Shown: positions 8,975 through 18,906, numbered from the stretch's first letter. The stretch: DNA of 62,134 nucleotides from an uncultured Rhizobium sp. (GCA_964434225.1 CAYSUM010000003.1:1-62134); one strand, 5' to 3'. Notes: a model not told the origin generated them from the letters alone. A program made the numbers and translations.

Positions 8975-9541
8975 ATGATCCTGTTAATCGACAATTACGA
9001 CAGTTTTACTTACAACCTTTATCACTACTTAATTCAAGCTGGCGAAGCAGAAGTTTTGGTAAAGCGTAACGATGAAATTTCCGTTGAGGAAATTAAAAAA
9101 CTAAACCCACGCGGAATCGTACTTTCCCCAGGACCTTGCACGCCAAACGAAGCGGGAATTTGCTTAGAAGTGATCGAAAAACTACAAGGAATTTTTCCAA
9201 TTTTTGGCGTATGTTTAGGACACCAAGCAATCGGCCAAGCCTTTGGCGGCAGCATTATCAAGACTTATCCGATGCACGGAAAAATCAGTGAAATTTTTCA
9301 TAATGGTGAAAATTTATTTAAAGACTTGCCTTCTCCATTCAAAGCTACGCGCTATCATTCATTGATTATTGAAAAAGAAACTTGCCCAAAAAATTTACAA
9401 ATTACCGCACAAACCAAAGATCAAATCATCATGGGAATTGCCGATGAAAAGCTAAAAATTTTCGGCGTCCAATTTCATCCCGAATCAATCGCCTCAGAAC
9501 ACGGACATCAGATAATTAAGAATTTTTTGGATAGAATTTAA
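8975..9541 (+). CDS. trpG: Glutamine amidotransferase of anthranilate/aminodeoxychorismate synthase (TrpG/PabA)
   Basis: It has the class I GATase motifs GVCLGHQ (catalytic Cys) and FHPES (His-Glu), and is 188 aa. Confidence 0.9.
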   Translation: MILLIDNYDSFTYNLYHYLIQAGEAEVLVKRNDEISVEEIKKLNPRGIVLSPGPCTPNEAGICLEVIEKLQGIFPIFGVCLGHQAIGQAFGGSIIKTYPMHGKISEIFHNGENLFKDLPSPFKATRYHSLIIEKETCPKNLQITAQTKDQIIMGIADEKLKIFGVQFHPESIASEHGHQIIKNFLDRI

Positions 9542-10506
9542 TGGAGCTACAACATCTCGCGCCGCAAAATTTTGAGGAAATTTTTGATCAAATTGTTGAT
9601 TTAAAAATTAGCGAAGAAGCAATTAAAAAATTCTTACTAGATTTAAATATCGCTGGACTTCCAACCAACGCCTTTACTGGCGCGGTTGCTTCTTTAAAAA
9701 AAAGAATGAAGCAAATTTCTGCACCCCAAAATGCCATCGATGTTTGTGGAACTGGTGGTGATAAATTAAATACACTTAATGTTTCCACCGCCGTTTGTTT
9801 TGTGGTTGCCGCCGCAGGAATTCCGGTCGCCAAACATGGCAATAAAGCGATTTCTTCAAATTCTGGTTCGGCAGATATTTTTTCCGAATTAGGAATTAGA
9901 ATTTCTTCCGACATTGCCGAAATTGAACAGAATTTACGCGATAAAAAATTGTGCTTTTTATTCGCACCTTATTTTCACGAATCGCTGAAAAATGTAGCGC
10001 AAATCCGCAAATCTCTTGGAATTCCCACAATCTTTAATTTTCTTGGACCGCTTTTAAATCCAGCCAATACTCATGCGCAAATGATTGGCGTTTCGCGCCG
10101 TGACGTGATGAGAAAAATTGCAGCCGCGACTAATTCAGAAAAAACTTATATTGTTCACGGTTTTGATGGTATGGACGAAATTACACTCAGCGATGATTCT
10201 TATTTATTGCGCTGTGAGAATGGCAAAATTTTTGCCGAAGAAATTGTTGATCCAACTAAATTTGGCTTCGAAAAAGTTAAGCTTGAAACCTTGAAGGGAA
10301 AAGATCCGAAATATAATGCTAAAAAATTAATCGCACTTTTGGAAGGCGAAAAATCGGCTTACCGCGATATCGTGATTCTGAATTCAGCCTTCGCACTCAA
10401 GCTTGCCAAAGCTGTCGATAAAGTTGAAGATGGCGTGGAATTAGCGAAGTTTTTGATTGATAGCAGTAAAGCCAAAAAAACTTTGGAGCTTTGTATCAAA
10501 AGCTAA
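9541..10506 (+). CDS. trpD: Anthranilate phosphoribosyltransferase (glycosyl transferase family 3)
   Basis: The CGTGGDKLNTLNVST motif is present. The start ATG shares a base with the trpG stop (TAATG). Confidence 0.8.
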   Translation: MELQHLAPQNFEEIFDQIVDLKISEEAIKKFLLDLNIAGLPTNAFTGAVASLKKRMKQISAPQNAIDVCGTGGDKLNTLNVSTAVCFVVAAAGIPVAKHGNKAISSNSGSADIFSELGIRISSDIAEIEQNLRDKKLCFLFAPYFHESLKNVAQIRKSLGIPTIFNFLGPLLNPANTHAQMIGVSRRDVMRKIAAATNSEKTYIVHGFDGMDEITLSDDSYLLRCENGKIFAEEIVDPTKFGFEKVKLETLKGKDPKYNAKKLIALLEGEKSAYRDIVILNSAFALKLAKAVDKVEDGVELAKFLIDSSKAKKTLELCIKS

Positions 10507-11621
10507 TTCATGCCGGTGATCAAATGTCTGACGTCGTTAAATGTGGTAAAAATCATTAAGGTAATCACCAAAGAAAAACCGATTTGGAAGCCGATTTTTT
10601 GAATTTTTTGCGGCAAAGGTTTGCCGCGGATAATTTCGATAATGTAATAAAATAAATGTCCGCCATCAAGCACAGGAACTGGCAATAAATTCATCACACC
10701 AAGATTGACTGAAATCATTGCCACAAACCACATCACCACCAAAAATCCCATCTCCACGGTTTTGCCAGTATATTTGGCAATTTTAATTGGGCCGCCCAAT
10801 TCCTCGACACTTCTTTTACCGGTAACTAATTCGCCGATCGCTTTGAAGATGGCGATTGAAATGTGGTAAGTTTCTTTATTGGCTTGAAAGAAACTTTGGC
10901 TCAGATTTAAAACTTTATGTTCACCTTCTGCACCCATCACGCCAATCATTCCTACCTTAACCTCTTCGCCAAAAATATCTTTATTAACGCGAGTTTTTGG
11001 CGTCACCGCAACCAAAATAATTTCGCCGTTGCGAGAAATTTTTAGGTTGAGAGTTTTGTCAGCGCTACGCGCAATCACTTCGCGAATTTGATCGAAGCCG
11101 TCAATTTCTTGCGCATCAATTGCCAAAATTTTATCGCCAGTTTTCAATCCCGCTTCAAACGCAGCTCCGTCAAATACAACTTCACCAATAATTGCTGGCG
11201 CTGTGATTAAGCCATTTGTACGCAGCAAAAAAGTAAAGATTACAATCGCCAACAAGAAATTCGCCAAAGGTCCGGCACCAACAATTGCGATGCGTTGAAA
11301 TACGTTTTTACCAATAAAAGAAATTTTCTTTTCCGCTTGCGACATCTTGACGACAGCTTCTTCATCAGGAATTGAAGCACCGTTTTTATCGCCAAACATT
11401 TTTACGTAGCCACCAAAAGGAATTGGACAAATTTTCCAACGCGTACCTTTTCTATCAGTAAATCCAAAAAGCTCTGGGCCAAAGCCAATTGCAAATTCTT
11501 CAATCTTTACACCACATAAGCGCGCCACATAAAAATGGCCGAATTCGTGAATAAAAACGATGAAGGAAATTAATAAAACGAAAGAAAAAAGATTTTGCAA
11601 AATGAGTTCCGCGAGTGCCAT
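10503..11621 (-). CDS. rseP: RIP zinc metalloprotease RseP (M50 family)
   Basis: HEFGHF sits in the first TM segment, followed by a PDZ region and LPVPVLDGGH. Confidence 0.9.
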   Translation of the reverse strand: MALAELILQNLFSFVLLISFIVFIHEFGHFYVARLCGVKIEEFAIGFGPELFGFTDRKGTRWKICPIPFGGYVKMFGDKNGASIPDEEAVVKMSQAEKKISFIGKNVFQRIAIVGAGPLANFLLAIVIFTFLLRTNGLITAPAIIGEVVFDGAAFEAGLKTGDKILAIDAQEIDGFDQIREVIARSADKTLNLKISRNGEIILVAVTPKTRVNKDIFGEEVKVGMIGVMGAEGEHKVLNLSQSFFQANKETYHISIAIFKAIGELVTGKRSVEELGGPIKIAKYTGKTVEMGFLVVMWFVAMISVNLGVMNLLPVPVLDGGHLFYYIIEIIRGKPLPQKIQKIGFQIGFSLVITLMIFTTFNDVRHLITGMN

Positions 11622-11660
11622 TTTAATCGTAATTGTTGAGGGAAGTTTTAGAGATTTATC

Positions 11661-11705
11661 TCGCCGTCATTGCAAGTGTAGCGCGGCAAAAAGGTAAATA
11701 GGTAA
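11661..11705. repeat. Half copy of the GTCATTGCGA palindromic element family
   Basis: cgtcattgcaagtgtagcgcggcaaaaaggtaaatagg closely parallels the copy at 23361 (cgtcattgcgagcgcaccgctgcgcaaggtaaataagg). Confidence 0.6.
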
Positions 11706-11778
11706 TTTGAAAGATGTAGTTTCTGCAAAAAAAATGCAACGCTTCTTCCACAAACCAACAAAAGATCTTGAACAGGTT

Positions 11779-12129
11779 CTAAGCTTCAAAGAAATTTTTA
11801 TAATGTTGCGGCCAAAATAATTGGTTCACAAAAACAAAATCAAAACGAATTTGATGATTTTGCAATTTGGAATTACGACTTAAAAAAAACTCCGCAGCTT
11901 TTCTGATTCTTTGCATTTGTCGCGGTCGCAAAACTGTTTCAAAATCGCTTTCAATCTTGCGCGCTTTAACTTCAACAATCGCAATTATTTTTCCTTTTTT
12001 TGCCACAATATCAATTTCACCAAAGTAGGTTTTATAACGCCAAGCCAATATTTGATAGCCTTTAAGGCGCAGAAAAATTATCGCAATTCTTTCGGCAAGA
12101 ATGCCAAATTGGTAAGTTTTTTTCTTCAT
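11779..12129 (-). CDS. yraN: YraN-family (UPF0102) endonuclease-like protein
   Basis: GEIDIVA...IVEVKAR is the family motif. I moved the start to ATG 12129 to avoid overlap with rsmI. Confidence 0.75.
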   Translation of the reverse strand: MKKKTYQFGILAERIAIIFLRLKGYQILAWRYKTYFGEIDIVAKKGKIIAIVEVKARKIESDFETVLRPRQMQRIRKAAEFFLSRNSKLQNHQIRFDFVFVNQLFWPQHYKNFFEA

Positions 12130-12148
12130 AATTTGTGGTGTTAGTTTT

Positions 12149-13024
12149 TTACTTCTTCGCCATTGCAAGCGCGATTTTATAAATATCTTTCTTATTCAAA
12201 TCATAAATTTCTGCCAAATTTTGCGATAAATCTTTCACGCTAAATCCAGCTTTCAAAGCTTTTTTGATTTCGTCAGCCAACTCTTCGTCACTCAAACTTT
12301 TTTCATCGCGCGCAATTTTTTCTACGATCACCACAAACTCTCCGCGTAATTTATGCGGAGAGTTTGCAAAAAATTCCTGCACATTTTTTACTTCGTCGGA
12401 AATAATTTCTTCATGTAATTTTGTAAGTTCGCGAGCCAGCGCCACTCTTCGATTTCCAAGAGTTTCCGAAATCGCTTCCAAACTTGCTTCCACTCGATTT
12501 GCCGATTCAAAAAACACCGCAGTAAAATTTTTCGGCAGCGATTTTAGTAAGTTATTTCGCTGAATTTTTGTCGTTGGTAAAAATCCTAAAAATAAAAAAT
12601 TATCACAAGCCAAGCCCGAAGCGCAAAGAGCTGAAGTGACCGAAGAAGCTCCCGGAAGTGGAATTATTTTGCGGCCATATTTGCGTAAATATTCGATCAA
12701 TTTATGCCCCGGATCTGAAATCAAAGGCGTTCCCGCGTCGCTCACCAAAACGGCCGATGCGCCTTGAATCAAAAAATTCAGAATTTTTTCCCGCACTTCC
12801 AAGCCGCAATGATCGTTATAAACGATCATTTTTTTCTCGGTAATATTGTAGCAAGATAATAATTTTGCGGTGACGCGACTATCTTCACAAATTACATAAT
12901 CAGCATCGCGCAAAATTTGCACCGCGCGAAAAGTGATATCGCTTAAATTACCGATCGGCGTTGCTGCAATGTAAAGTGCATTTTCTAATTTTTGCGGATT
13001 AAGTTTCTGGAAAAAATCTTGCAT
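12149..13024 (-). CDS. rsmI: 16S rRNA (cytidine1402-2'-O)-methyltransferase
   Basis: The tetrapyrrole-methylase fold N-terminus LYIAATPIGNLSDIT is present. The gene is divergent from an lpoA-like gene, as in E. coli. Confidence 0.9.
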   Translation of the reverse strand: MQDFFQKLNPQKLENALYIAATPIGNLSDITFRAVQILRDADYVICEDSRVTAKLLSCYNITEKKMIVYNDHCGLEVREKILNFLIQGASAVLVSDAGTPLISDPGHKLIEYLRKYGRKIIPLPGASSVTSALCASGLACDNFLFLGFLPTTKIQRNNLLKSLPKNFTAVFFESANRVEASLEAISETLGNRRVALARELTKLHEEIISDEVKNVQEFFANSPHKLRGEFVVIVEKIARDEKSLSDEELADEIKKALKAGFSVKDLSQNLAEIYDLNKKDIYKIALAMAKK

Positions 13025-13089
13025 ATTTTTTGGTTTTTAAATTAGTTTAGGAACATCTCGTCTATCCGCACAAATCATTGATTCAAATC

Positions 13090-14415
13090 ATGCAAAATCT
13101 ATTTAAAAAATCAGCACTGTTTTTGGCATTCTTCATTTTTTCTTGCCAATTTCATGAACAAAAAATTGTTACCAAAAAACCAATTTCCGATCCATATTTG
13201 CAAGAACAAGAAGCTTTAGCCCCAAAAACTAATTACGATTTTTTGGAAACTCGCGATTTAGCAACCATCAAATCTCAAAAAGAAAAAATGAAAGTGGCTT
13301 TATTTCTGCCTTTTTCTGGCAAAAATAAAGAATTGGGTTGGCATTTATTTAACTCCGCAACTTTGTCACTTTTCGACAATGATTTAAATAATAATATCGA
13401 ATTAGTTTTGATCGATAGCGGCGAAACTCCGCAAGAATCAGCCAAAGCTTTTAAAGAAGTTGTGAAGCAAGATATTAAAGTTGTAATCGGACCAGTTTTT
13501 AGCACTTCCGTAGAAGCAATTGAAGCAGACGTTAAAGCCAACAATATCGTGGCAATTTCACTTTCTAACAATCCGAAGTTGGTCGACAAAACCACCACCA
13601 AAGGCGGAATATTTTTAGGCGGAATTATGCCCGAAGCACAGATCGAAAAAATTGTCAGCTACGCCATCGACCAACAAAAATCAAGCTTCGCCGTCATTGC
13701 TCCCAATAATCAATATGGCTTAATTATGACCGATTTGATGAAAAAAACCGTCAAAAGAAAAGATGGAAATTTCATCACTTCTGAATTTTATGAAACCAAT
13801 ACCAAAGATTTCAAAGGTATTGCTGGACGGATTATCTCTTCATTTAAAGCACCTTCAAGCTTTGCCGAAGGTGGGAAAAATAAGCTAAAAAAAGATGCAG
13901 CCACCCTCAAAGATTCTGACCGTATTTATCCAAAAATTATTTTTATTCCTGAGTCAGGAAAAACTTTGTCAAAAATTGTCGAAGAAGTGAAAGCGCAAAA
14001 TAAAGATGAAAGAGATTTTCAAATCGTTGGTTCCGCACAATGGGACGACATTTCCAGCCTTACCGATCCAAACTTAGTCGGCGCTTGGTTTTGCGCTCCT
14101 GAAAGCGAAAAATTCCATACTTTTGAGCAATCTTATTTCCAAACCTTCAACAAATTTCCACCAAGAATCACTTCGATTGTTTACGATTCTGTAGCGGTGA
14201 TTTCTGATCTGGCTGAGAAAAAGAAAGATTTAAAAATTGAGATCGGAGATTTTACAGCCTACACCACTTGGCCCAAAAATGGCTTTCAGGGAATCGACGG
14301 TTTGTTTAGATTTTTGCCAAATGGCTTAGTACAAAGAAATTTAGCAATGTTGCAAATTAAGAGAGATCGCTTCGAGACAATCGATAAGCCAGTTGAGAAG
14401 TTTTTGAGATATTGA
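13090..14415 (+). CDS. LpoA-like penicillin-binding protein activator / type I periplasmic-binding-fold lipoprotein
   Basis: There is a lipobox-like LAFFIFSC after ATG 13090 and a Leu/Ile/Val-binding-protein-like body. Synteny with rsmI and yraN matches the rsmI/lpoA/yraN neighbourhood. Confidence 0.55.
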   Translation: MQNLFKKSALFLAFFIFSCQFHEQKIVTKKPISDPYLQEQEALAPKTNYDFLETRDLATIKSQKEKMKVALFLPFSGKNKELGWHLFNSATLSLFDNDLNNNIELVLIDSGETPQESAKAFKEVVKQDIKVVIGPVFSTSVEAIEADVKANNIVAISLSNNPKLVDKTTTKGGIFLGGIMPEAQIEKIVSYAIDQQKSSFAVIAPNNQYGLIMTDLMKKTVKRKDGNFITSEFYETNTKDFKGIAGRIISSFKAPSSFAEGGKNKLKKDAATLKDSDRIYPKIIFIPESGKTLSKIVEEVKAQNKDERDFQIVGSAQWDDISSLTDPNLVGAWFCAPESEKFHTFEQSYFQTFNKFPPRITSIVYDSVAVISDLAEKKKDLKIEIGDFTAYTTWPKNGFQGIDGLFRFLPNGLVQRNLAMLQIKRDRFETIDKPVEKFLRY

Positions 14416-14469
14416 GAAAACGGCCTAAACGGCCCGTTTTCGGCCTGACACATTCTTGGCTGGATGGGT

Positions 14470-15513
14470 TTATGCCAAAGGCCAGCGCGCTTTCGGTTTA
14501 AAATTTAAATCATCTATCATCCCCAGCTTAAACCTTTCAACCCCAGCCCAAGCAATCATCACCGCATTATCGGTGCACAAATTTATCGGCGGCGTAATTA
14601 ATTTTAAATCCCGCGGCGCAGCCCAATTTTCTAATTCATTAAAAATATAACGATTCGCCGCAACGCCGCCCGCAATAACCAAATCAGTCACCACAAATTT
14701 GGAATCGCGCAAAACATTTTCTAAACGATCCAAAATAATCTGACAAACCACGTGCTGAAAAGAAGCGCAAATATCGGCTTTGTCTTGAGCAAGAATTTTT
14801 TGCGACGTTGTGAAATGCGAAAAATCTTCTCCCGTTAATTTCTCAATCTCGCGGCGCACCGCAGTCTTCAAGCCCGAAAATGAAAAATCGCAAAGATGGT
14901 CTTTGTGTCCAATCAAAGGACGTGAAAATTTGAAACGATTTTTATTTCCCTCTTGCGCCAATTTTTCCACCGCCGGCCCGCCCGGATAAGGCAATCCCAA
15001 CATCTGTGCAATTTTATCGAAAGCCTCACCAAGCGCATCGTCAATTGTTTCGCCAAGTTTTTCATAATCACCAATTCCTTTCGCCAACAGAATCTGACAA
15101 TGTCCACCCGAAAGTAAAAGCAATAAATAAGGAAATTCTAAAGCAGAAGTCAGCCGCGCTGTCAAAGCGTGCCCCTCCAAATGATTCACTGCAATCAAAG
15201 GTTTTTTATAAACTGAAGCCAAGCTTTTTGCCGCCATCAATCCCACAATCACGCCGCCAATCAAGCCCGGTCCAGCAGTTGCTGCAAAAGCATCAATATC
15301 TTCAAACTGCAAATTAGCTTCATCCAAAGCCTGTAAAATCAACTTATCCAAAATCTCAACATGTCCACGCGCCGCCACTTCCGGCACCACGCCACCATAT
15401 TTTTGATGTAGCTCAATCTGCGAATTCAAAACATGCGACCACACTTTTTTTTCATCATCCACAATCGCCACCGCCGTTTCATCGCAAGAAGTTTCAATTC
15501 CAAGAATTTTCAT
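14470..15513 (-). CDS. tsaD: tRNA N6-adenosine threonylcarbamoyltransferase
   Basis: [13 protein letters not shown] and NHLEGH metal-binding motifs are present. Confidence 0.95.
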   Translation of the reverse strand: MKILGIETSCDETAVAIVDDEKKVWSHVLNSQIELHQKYGGVVPEVAARGHVEILDKLILQALDEANLQFEDIDAFAATAGPGLIGGVIVGLMAAKSLASVYKKPLIAVNHLEGHALTARLTSALEFPYLLLLLSGGHCQILLAKGIGDYEKLGETIDDALGEAFDKIAQMLGLPYPGGPAVEKLAQEGNKNRFKFSRPLIGHKDHLCDFSFSGLKTAVRREIEKLTGEDFSHFTTSQKILAQDKADICASFQHVVCQIILDRLENVLRDSKFVVTDLVIAGGVAANRYIFNELENWAAPRDLKLITPPINLCTDNAVMIAWAGVERFKLGMIDDLNFKPKARWPLA

Positions 15514-15550
15514 TTTATTTGTTAAGTAAATCTGAGTGAGATCCTGTCCG

Positions 15551-15786
15551 TTATAAGATCAGAAGATTTGAAGAGATTTTGTAAATCAATAACCAATCAG
15601 GTTCAACATGGCAATCTCTCCAACCTTTGTAAGCGCCAGATAATTTATATCTCGATATTTCTGATCTAACTTTACGCCTTCCTTTAAATATCCGATAACT
15701 TTTTTGATCTTATCTAATTTTTTACCTTGCCTAACCATTCTGGCATAGTCTTTTTCAAAGGTTTTTGTGGTGATTATTTCGAGCAT
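15551..15786 (-). pseudogene. YafQ/RelE-type mRNA interferase toxin, frameshifted
   Basis: The annotated frame reads MLEIITTKTFEKDY...DQKYRD and then loses the family motif. A second frame entered near 15647-15649 reads KLSGAYKGWRDCHVEPDWLLIYKI and stops at 15551. One missing base restores a YafQ-like protein. Confidence 0.7.
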
Positions 15787-15791
15787 TTTAA

Positions 15792-16087
15792 TTATTTTTT
15801 TGCTATTTCATCCAATTTGGCAAATAATTCCTCTGAACTTTTATAAGAAGTGAATCTGCCTTGTTCGTAGTCTTTAAAGGCTTTAACCGTAGCTTTATTT
15901 GGAGTCTTTTTTTTGAATTTCCTGCAATTTTAGATTTTTTTTCAGCTTCATCTTTTTGATTTTTCATCGAATTCGAGATCGTCCCCACCACATAATCTTT
16001 AATCGTAGAGCCATTTACCGCCGATTGGACCTTGATCATTTTATACAGATCTTCCGGCACATTAATTGTCATTTTTACGTTTTTCAT
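15792..16087 (-). pseudogene. Ribbon-helix-helix antitoxin partner, frameshifted in a homopolymer
   Basis: The N-terminal RHH (MTINVPEDLYKMIKVQSAVNGSTIKDYV) is in the track frame. The conserved C-terminal PNKATVKAFKDYEQGRFTSYKSSEELFAKLDEIAKK is in another frame and stops at 15792, 5 nt before the toxin ATG. The frame switch falls at an A8 run (plus-strand T8 at 15907-15914). Confidence 0.65.
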
Positions 16088-16100
16088 AGATCACTAAATT

Positions 16101-17537
16101 TTAGTAATGGTGATGAACTTCCAAATTGCTAAATCTGGTGAATTCAGAATCGAAATAAAGATGCACGTTTCCAACTGGGCCGTTACGCTGTTTAGCAATA
16201 ATCACTTCGGAAACGTGGCGCAATTCGTTCATTTTTTGCGTCCATTGTTCAAATTTTTCTTGTTCATTTTCCGGCGGTTTTTTTCTTTCGTGGTAATAGC
16301 TTTCGCGATAGATGAAAGCTACAACGTCAGCATCTTGCTCGATTGAACCCGATTCACGAAGATCAGAAAGTTGCGGTCGTTTATCGTCACGACTTTCAAC
16401 AGCACGCGACAGCTGCGACAGCGCGATTACGGGAATATTAAATTCCTTCGCAATTGCTTTTAAACCTTGCGTAATTTCTGAAACTTCCTGCACACGTCCA
16501 TCTTGCGAACGCGTTGACGAGCCACGAATTAGCTGCAAATAATCGACCAATAAAAATGCTAAATTATGTTTGCGAACCATACGGCGCGTGCGCGTGCGAA
16601 TTGCTGAAATTGAAAGCGCTGGCGTGTCGTCGATAAAAAATGGTAGCTTTGAAATCTCGGCCGAGCGCGTGGCGATTGCTTCCCACTCCATATCGTTTAA
16701 TTGACCCGTTCTAAACTTTGTAGCGTTGATGCTGGACTCCATCGATAAAATACGAGCAGAAAGCTGATCAGAAGACATTTCCAGCGAGAAAAATCCCACT
16801 GCTTTTTTATCTTTAACATCTTCAACGTTCTGATTCAAAAACTTGCAGGCATTTACGGCTATATTGATTGCAAGAGCCGTTTTTCCCATTGATGGACGTC
16901 CCGCTAAAATAATTAAATCTGATTGCTGCATGCCCGATAAAATTTTATCAAGATCAGCAAGACCAGTCGAAACGCCGCTGATATGACTGTCGCGCTTTCT
17001 GGCGATTAAAGTTTTTTCTAAAGTATCTTTTAGCGAAGCAGAAATATTGCGAAAATCACTTTTGCCGTTTCCATGTTCTGAGAGTTTAAACAGCTCGCTT
17101 TCCGCCGCTTCAATTTGCTCAACCGCAGAAATTTTTGCGTCAGATTTATAAACATTGTTAACAATATCTTCGCCGACCATTGATAAAGAGCGCTTCAGCG
17201 CCAAATCGTGAATCAAACGACCATAATCTGCGATGTCGATAATCGCCGAGGCCGATCCCAAAAGATTGGAAAGATAAATCGCGCCGCCCATGGCTTTGAT
17301 TGCTGGATCGGAATCAAAAAATTGTTTCAACGTAACTTGATTGGCGACGATATTGACCTTCTCAACATTGTGCAAAATCTGCGCGTAAATCTTGCCGTGC
17401 GCTGGCTCGTAAAAATGCTCTTCACGTAAAAATTCTGAAACACGATTTAAATATTCGTTATTCAAAATGATCGTGCCAAGAACGGCCTGTTCTGCTTCGA
17501 GATTATATAATTCTTTGCGAGTTTCTGCTTCTGTCAT
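16101..17537 (-). CDS. dnaB: Replicative DNA helicase
   Basis: Walker A GRPSMGKTALAIN is present with typical DnaB N- and C-terminal domains. The protein is 478 aa with no intein. Confidence 0.95.
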   Translation of the reverse strand: MTEAETRKELYNLEAEQAVLGTIILNNEYLNRVSEFLREEHFYEPAHGKIYAQILHNVEKVNIVANQVTLKQFFDSDPAIKAMGGAIYLSNLLGSASAIIDIADYGRLIHDLALKRSLSMVGEDIVNNVYKSDAKISAVEQIEAAESELFKLSEHGNGKSDFRNISASLKDTLEKTLIARKRDSHISGVSTGLADLDKILSGMQQSDLIILAGRPSMGKTALAINIAVNACKFLNQNVEDVKDKKAVGFFSLEMSSDQLSARILSMESSINATKFRTGQLNDMEWEAIATRSAEISKLPFFIDDTPALSISAIRTRTRRMVRKHNLAFLLVDYLQLIRGSSTRSQDGRVQEVSEITQGLKAIAKEFNIPVIALSQLSRAVESRDDKRPQLSDLRESGSIEQDADVVAFIYRESYYHERKKPPENEQEKFEQWTQKMNELRHVSEVIIAKQRNGPVGNVHLYFDSEFTRFSNLEVHHHY

Positions 17538-17605
17538 TTTTGAAATTATTTTTTTGGGGGGACAAAGAAAATATCCCGCACTTTGTTTGGCTGCAATTAA
17601 ATTTT

Positions 17606-18136
17606 TTAACTCTGCACTCTTTTTTTCTCTAGTTTCCGCGCCAAAGTTCGACGATGCATTCCCAATAATCGCGCTGCTTCGGAAACATTAAAGTCAACTT
17701 CTACCAAGACTTGGTGAATATATTCCCATTCGATATTTTTAATTGAAGTTTTTTTGGCGGAAGTTTTGTCGGTTAACGATTCACCATTAAAAGCTGCAAT
17801 TATTGCGTCAACATTTGCTGGTTTGGCCAAGTAGTAACAGGCTCCCAGCTTAATCGCCTCAATTGTTGTTGTGATGCTGGCGTAACCCGTGAGCATGACA
17901 ATTTTTATCGCCGCGTCAAATTGGTGTAAGGCTTTGATGCAATGCAAACCTGATTCGCTGTTTAATTTTAAGTCGATCACGGCGCAACTTGGGTGAAATT
18001 TTTTTAAGATTTCGGTCATTTCTTTGCAGCTGCGCGCCACTTCAACTCTAAAATCACGACGCGCAAAAGACCGTGCCAAACTTGTCGCCAAATCTTCGTC
18101 ATCTTCAACAATCAAAACTGATTTGTGGTTTTTCAT
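17606..18136 (-). CDS. regA: RegA/PrrA/ActR-type response regulator
   Basis: A REC domain (LIVEDDEDL; acceptor Asp in AVIDLKL) is followed by a C-terminal Fis-type HTH (NVSEAARLLGMHRRTLARKLEKK). Confidence 0.85.
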   Translation of the reverse strand: MKNHKSVLIVEDDEDLATSLARSFARRDFRVEVARSCKEMTEILKKFHPSCAVIDLKLNSESGLHCIKALHQFDAAIKIVMLTGYASITTTIEAIKLGACYYLAKPANVDAIIAAFNGESLTDKTSAKKTSIKNIEWEYIHQVLVEVDFNVSEAARLLGMHRRTLARKLEKKRVQS

Positions 18137-18906
18137 TTTTGCTTTTTCGCCTCTTCAAGCCTTTCGCTTCCTGACGCCAAAAGAATATTTGAAACCGCTT
18201 TTTTGCAGCGCTCAACTTGCGATTCCATTAATAAAATATCTTGGCGCAGATGAATTTCAGAATTTTTTAAATCATTAAGAACTACAGAAATTGTATTTAA
18301 TGGCGTTCCCAAATCATGCGCCGCAGCAGTTGCAAGCATCGCACTTCTTAAAAACTCTTGCTGTTCGCGTAAATTTTTTGACATTTGAGTAATAAAAATC
18401 AGCAGCAAAAACGCCGCAATAACATAGCTGAGCAGCATTCCGTGCAGATGCAAATTAAAGAAATTTTCGTCACCCAAATCTAATTCAATAAAATTGAAAC
18501 TAAGCCAAACGTAACAAGCGACAGTGATTGCAGCGATAATCCAAGCATAACTCGCGCGAAGTAAAATCGCGGCGATAATCACTTGCAGCAAAAATAGCGA
18601 GATAAAAGGATTAGAAATTCCACCACTGAAATAAAGCTGAGCCGTAAGCGCGGCGACATCAAAAACCAGTTCGAAAAATAGCGAACGATTGGTAATAATT
18701 TTTTGATATTGATAACGATAAAAACTAATCAGATTCAAAATCAGCAAAGCAGAAATCACCAAATACATTTGCTGCGGCAGCTCGATTTCCAAAAAATTTT
18801 CAGCAAAAAAAATCGCGATCATTTGTCCTGATATTGCGAGAACTCGCAACAATACCAGCTGCAGCAGATTTTTTTTATTAGCGTCGTAAAAATTATGATT
18901 AGTCAT
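18133..18906 (-). CDS. regB: RegB/PrrB/ActS-like sensor lacking the ATPase domain
   Basis: The membrane domain carries the GGxxNPF motif (GGISNPF). It is followed by the His box AAAHDLGTPLNTI and a conserved Cys (VERCKK). The ORF ends at 257 aa and overlaps the regA start by 4 nt. Confidence 0.7.
   Translation of the reverse strand: MTNHNFYDANKKNLLQLVLLRVLAISGQMIAIFFAENFLEIELPQQMYLVISALLILNLISFYRYQYQKIITNRSLFFELVFDVAALTAQLYFSGGISNPFISLFLLQVIIAAILLRASYAWIIAAITVACYVWLSFNFIELDLGDENFFNLHLHGMLLSYVIAAFLLLIFITQMSKNLREQQEFLRSAMLATAAAHDLGTPLNTISVVLNDLKNSEIHLRQDILLMESQVERCKKAVSNILLASGSERLEEAKKQK

Noticed and set aside
14416-14441. Hairpin gaaaacgg...ccgttttc after the lpoA-like gene, considered as a terminator.
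   Set aside because: The T-run is part of the stem rather than trailing it, and the stem is short. The evidence is insufficient.
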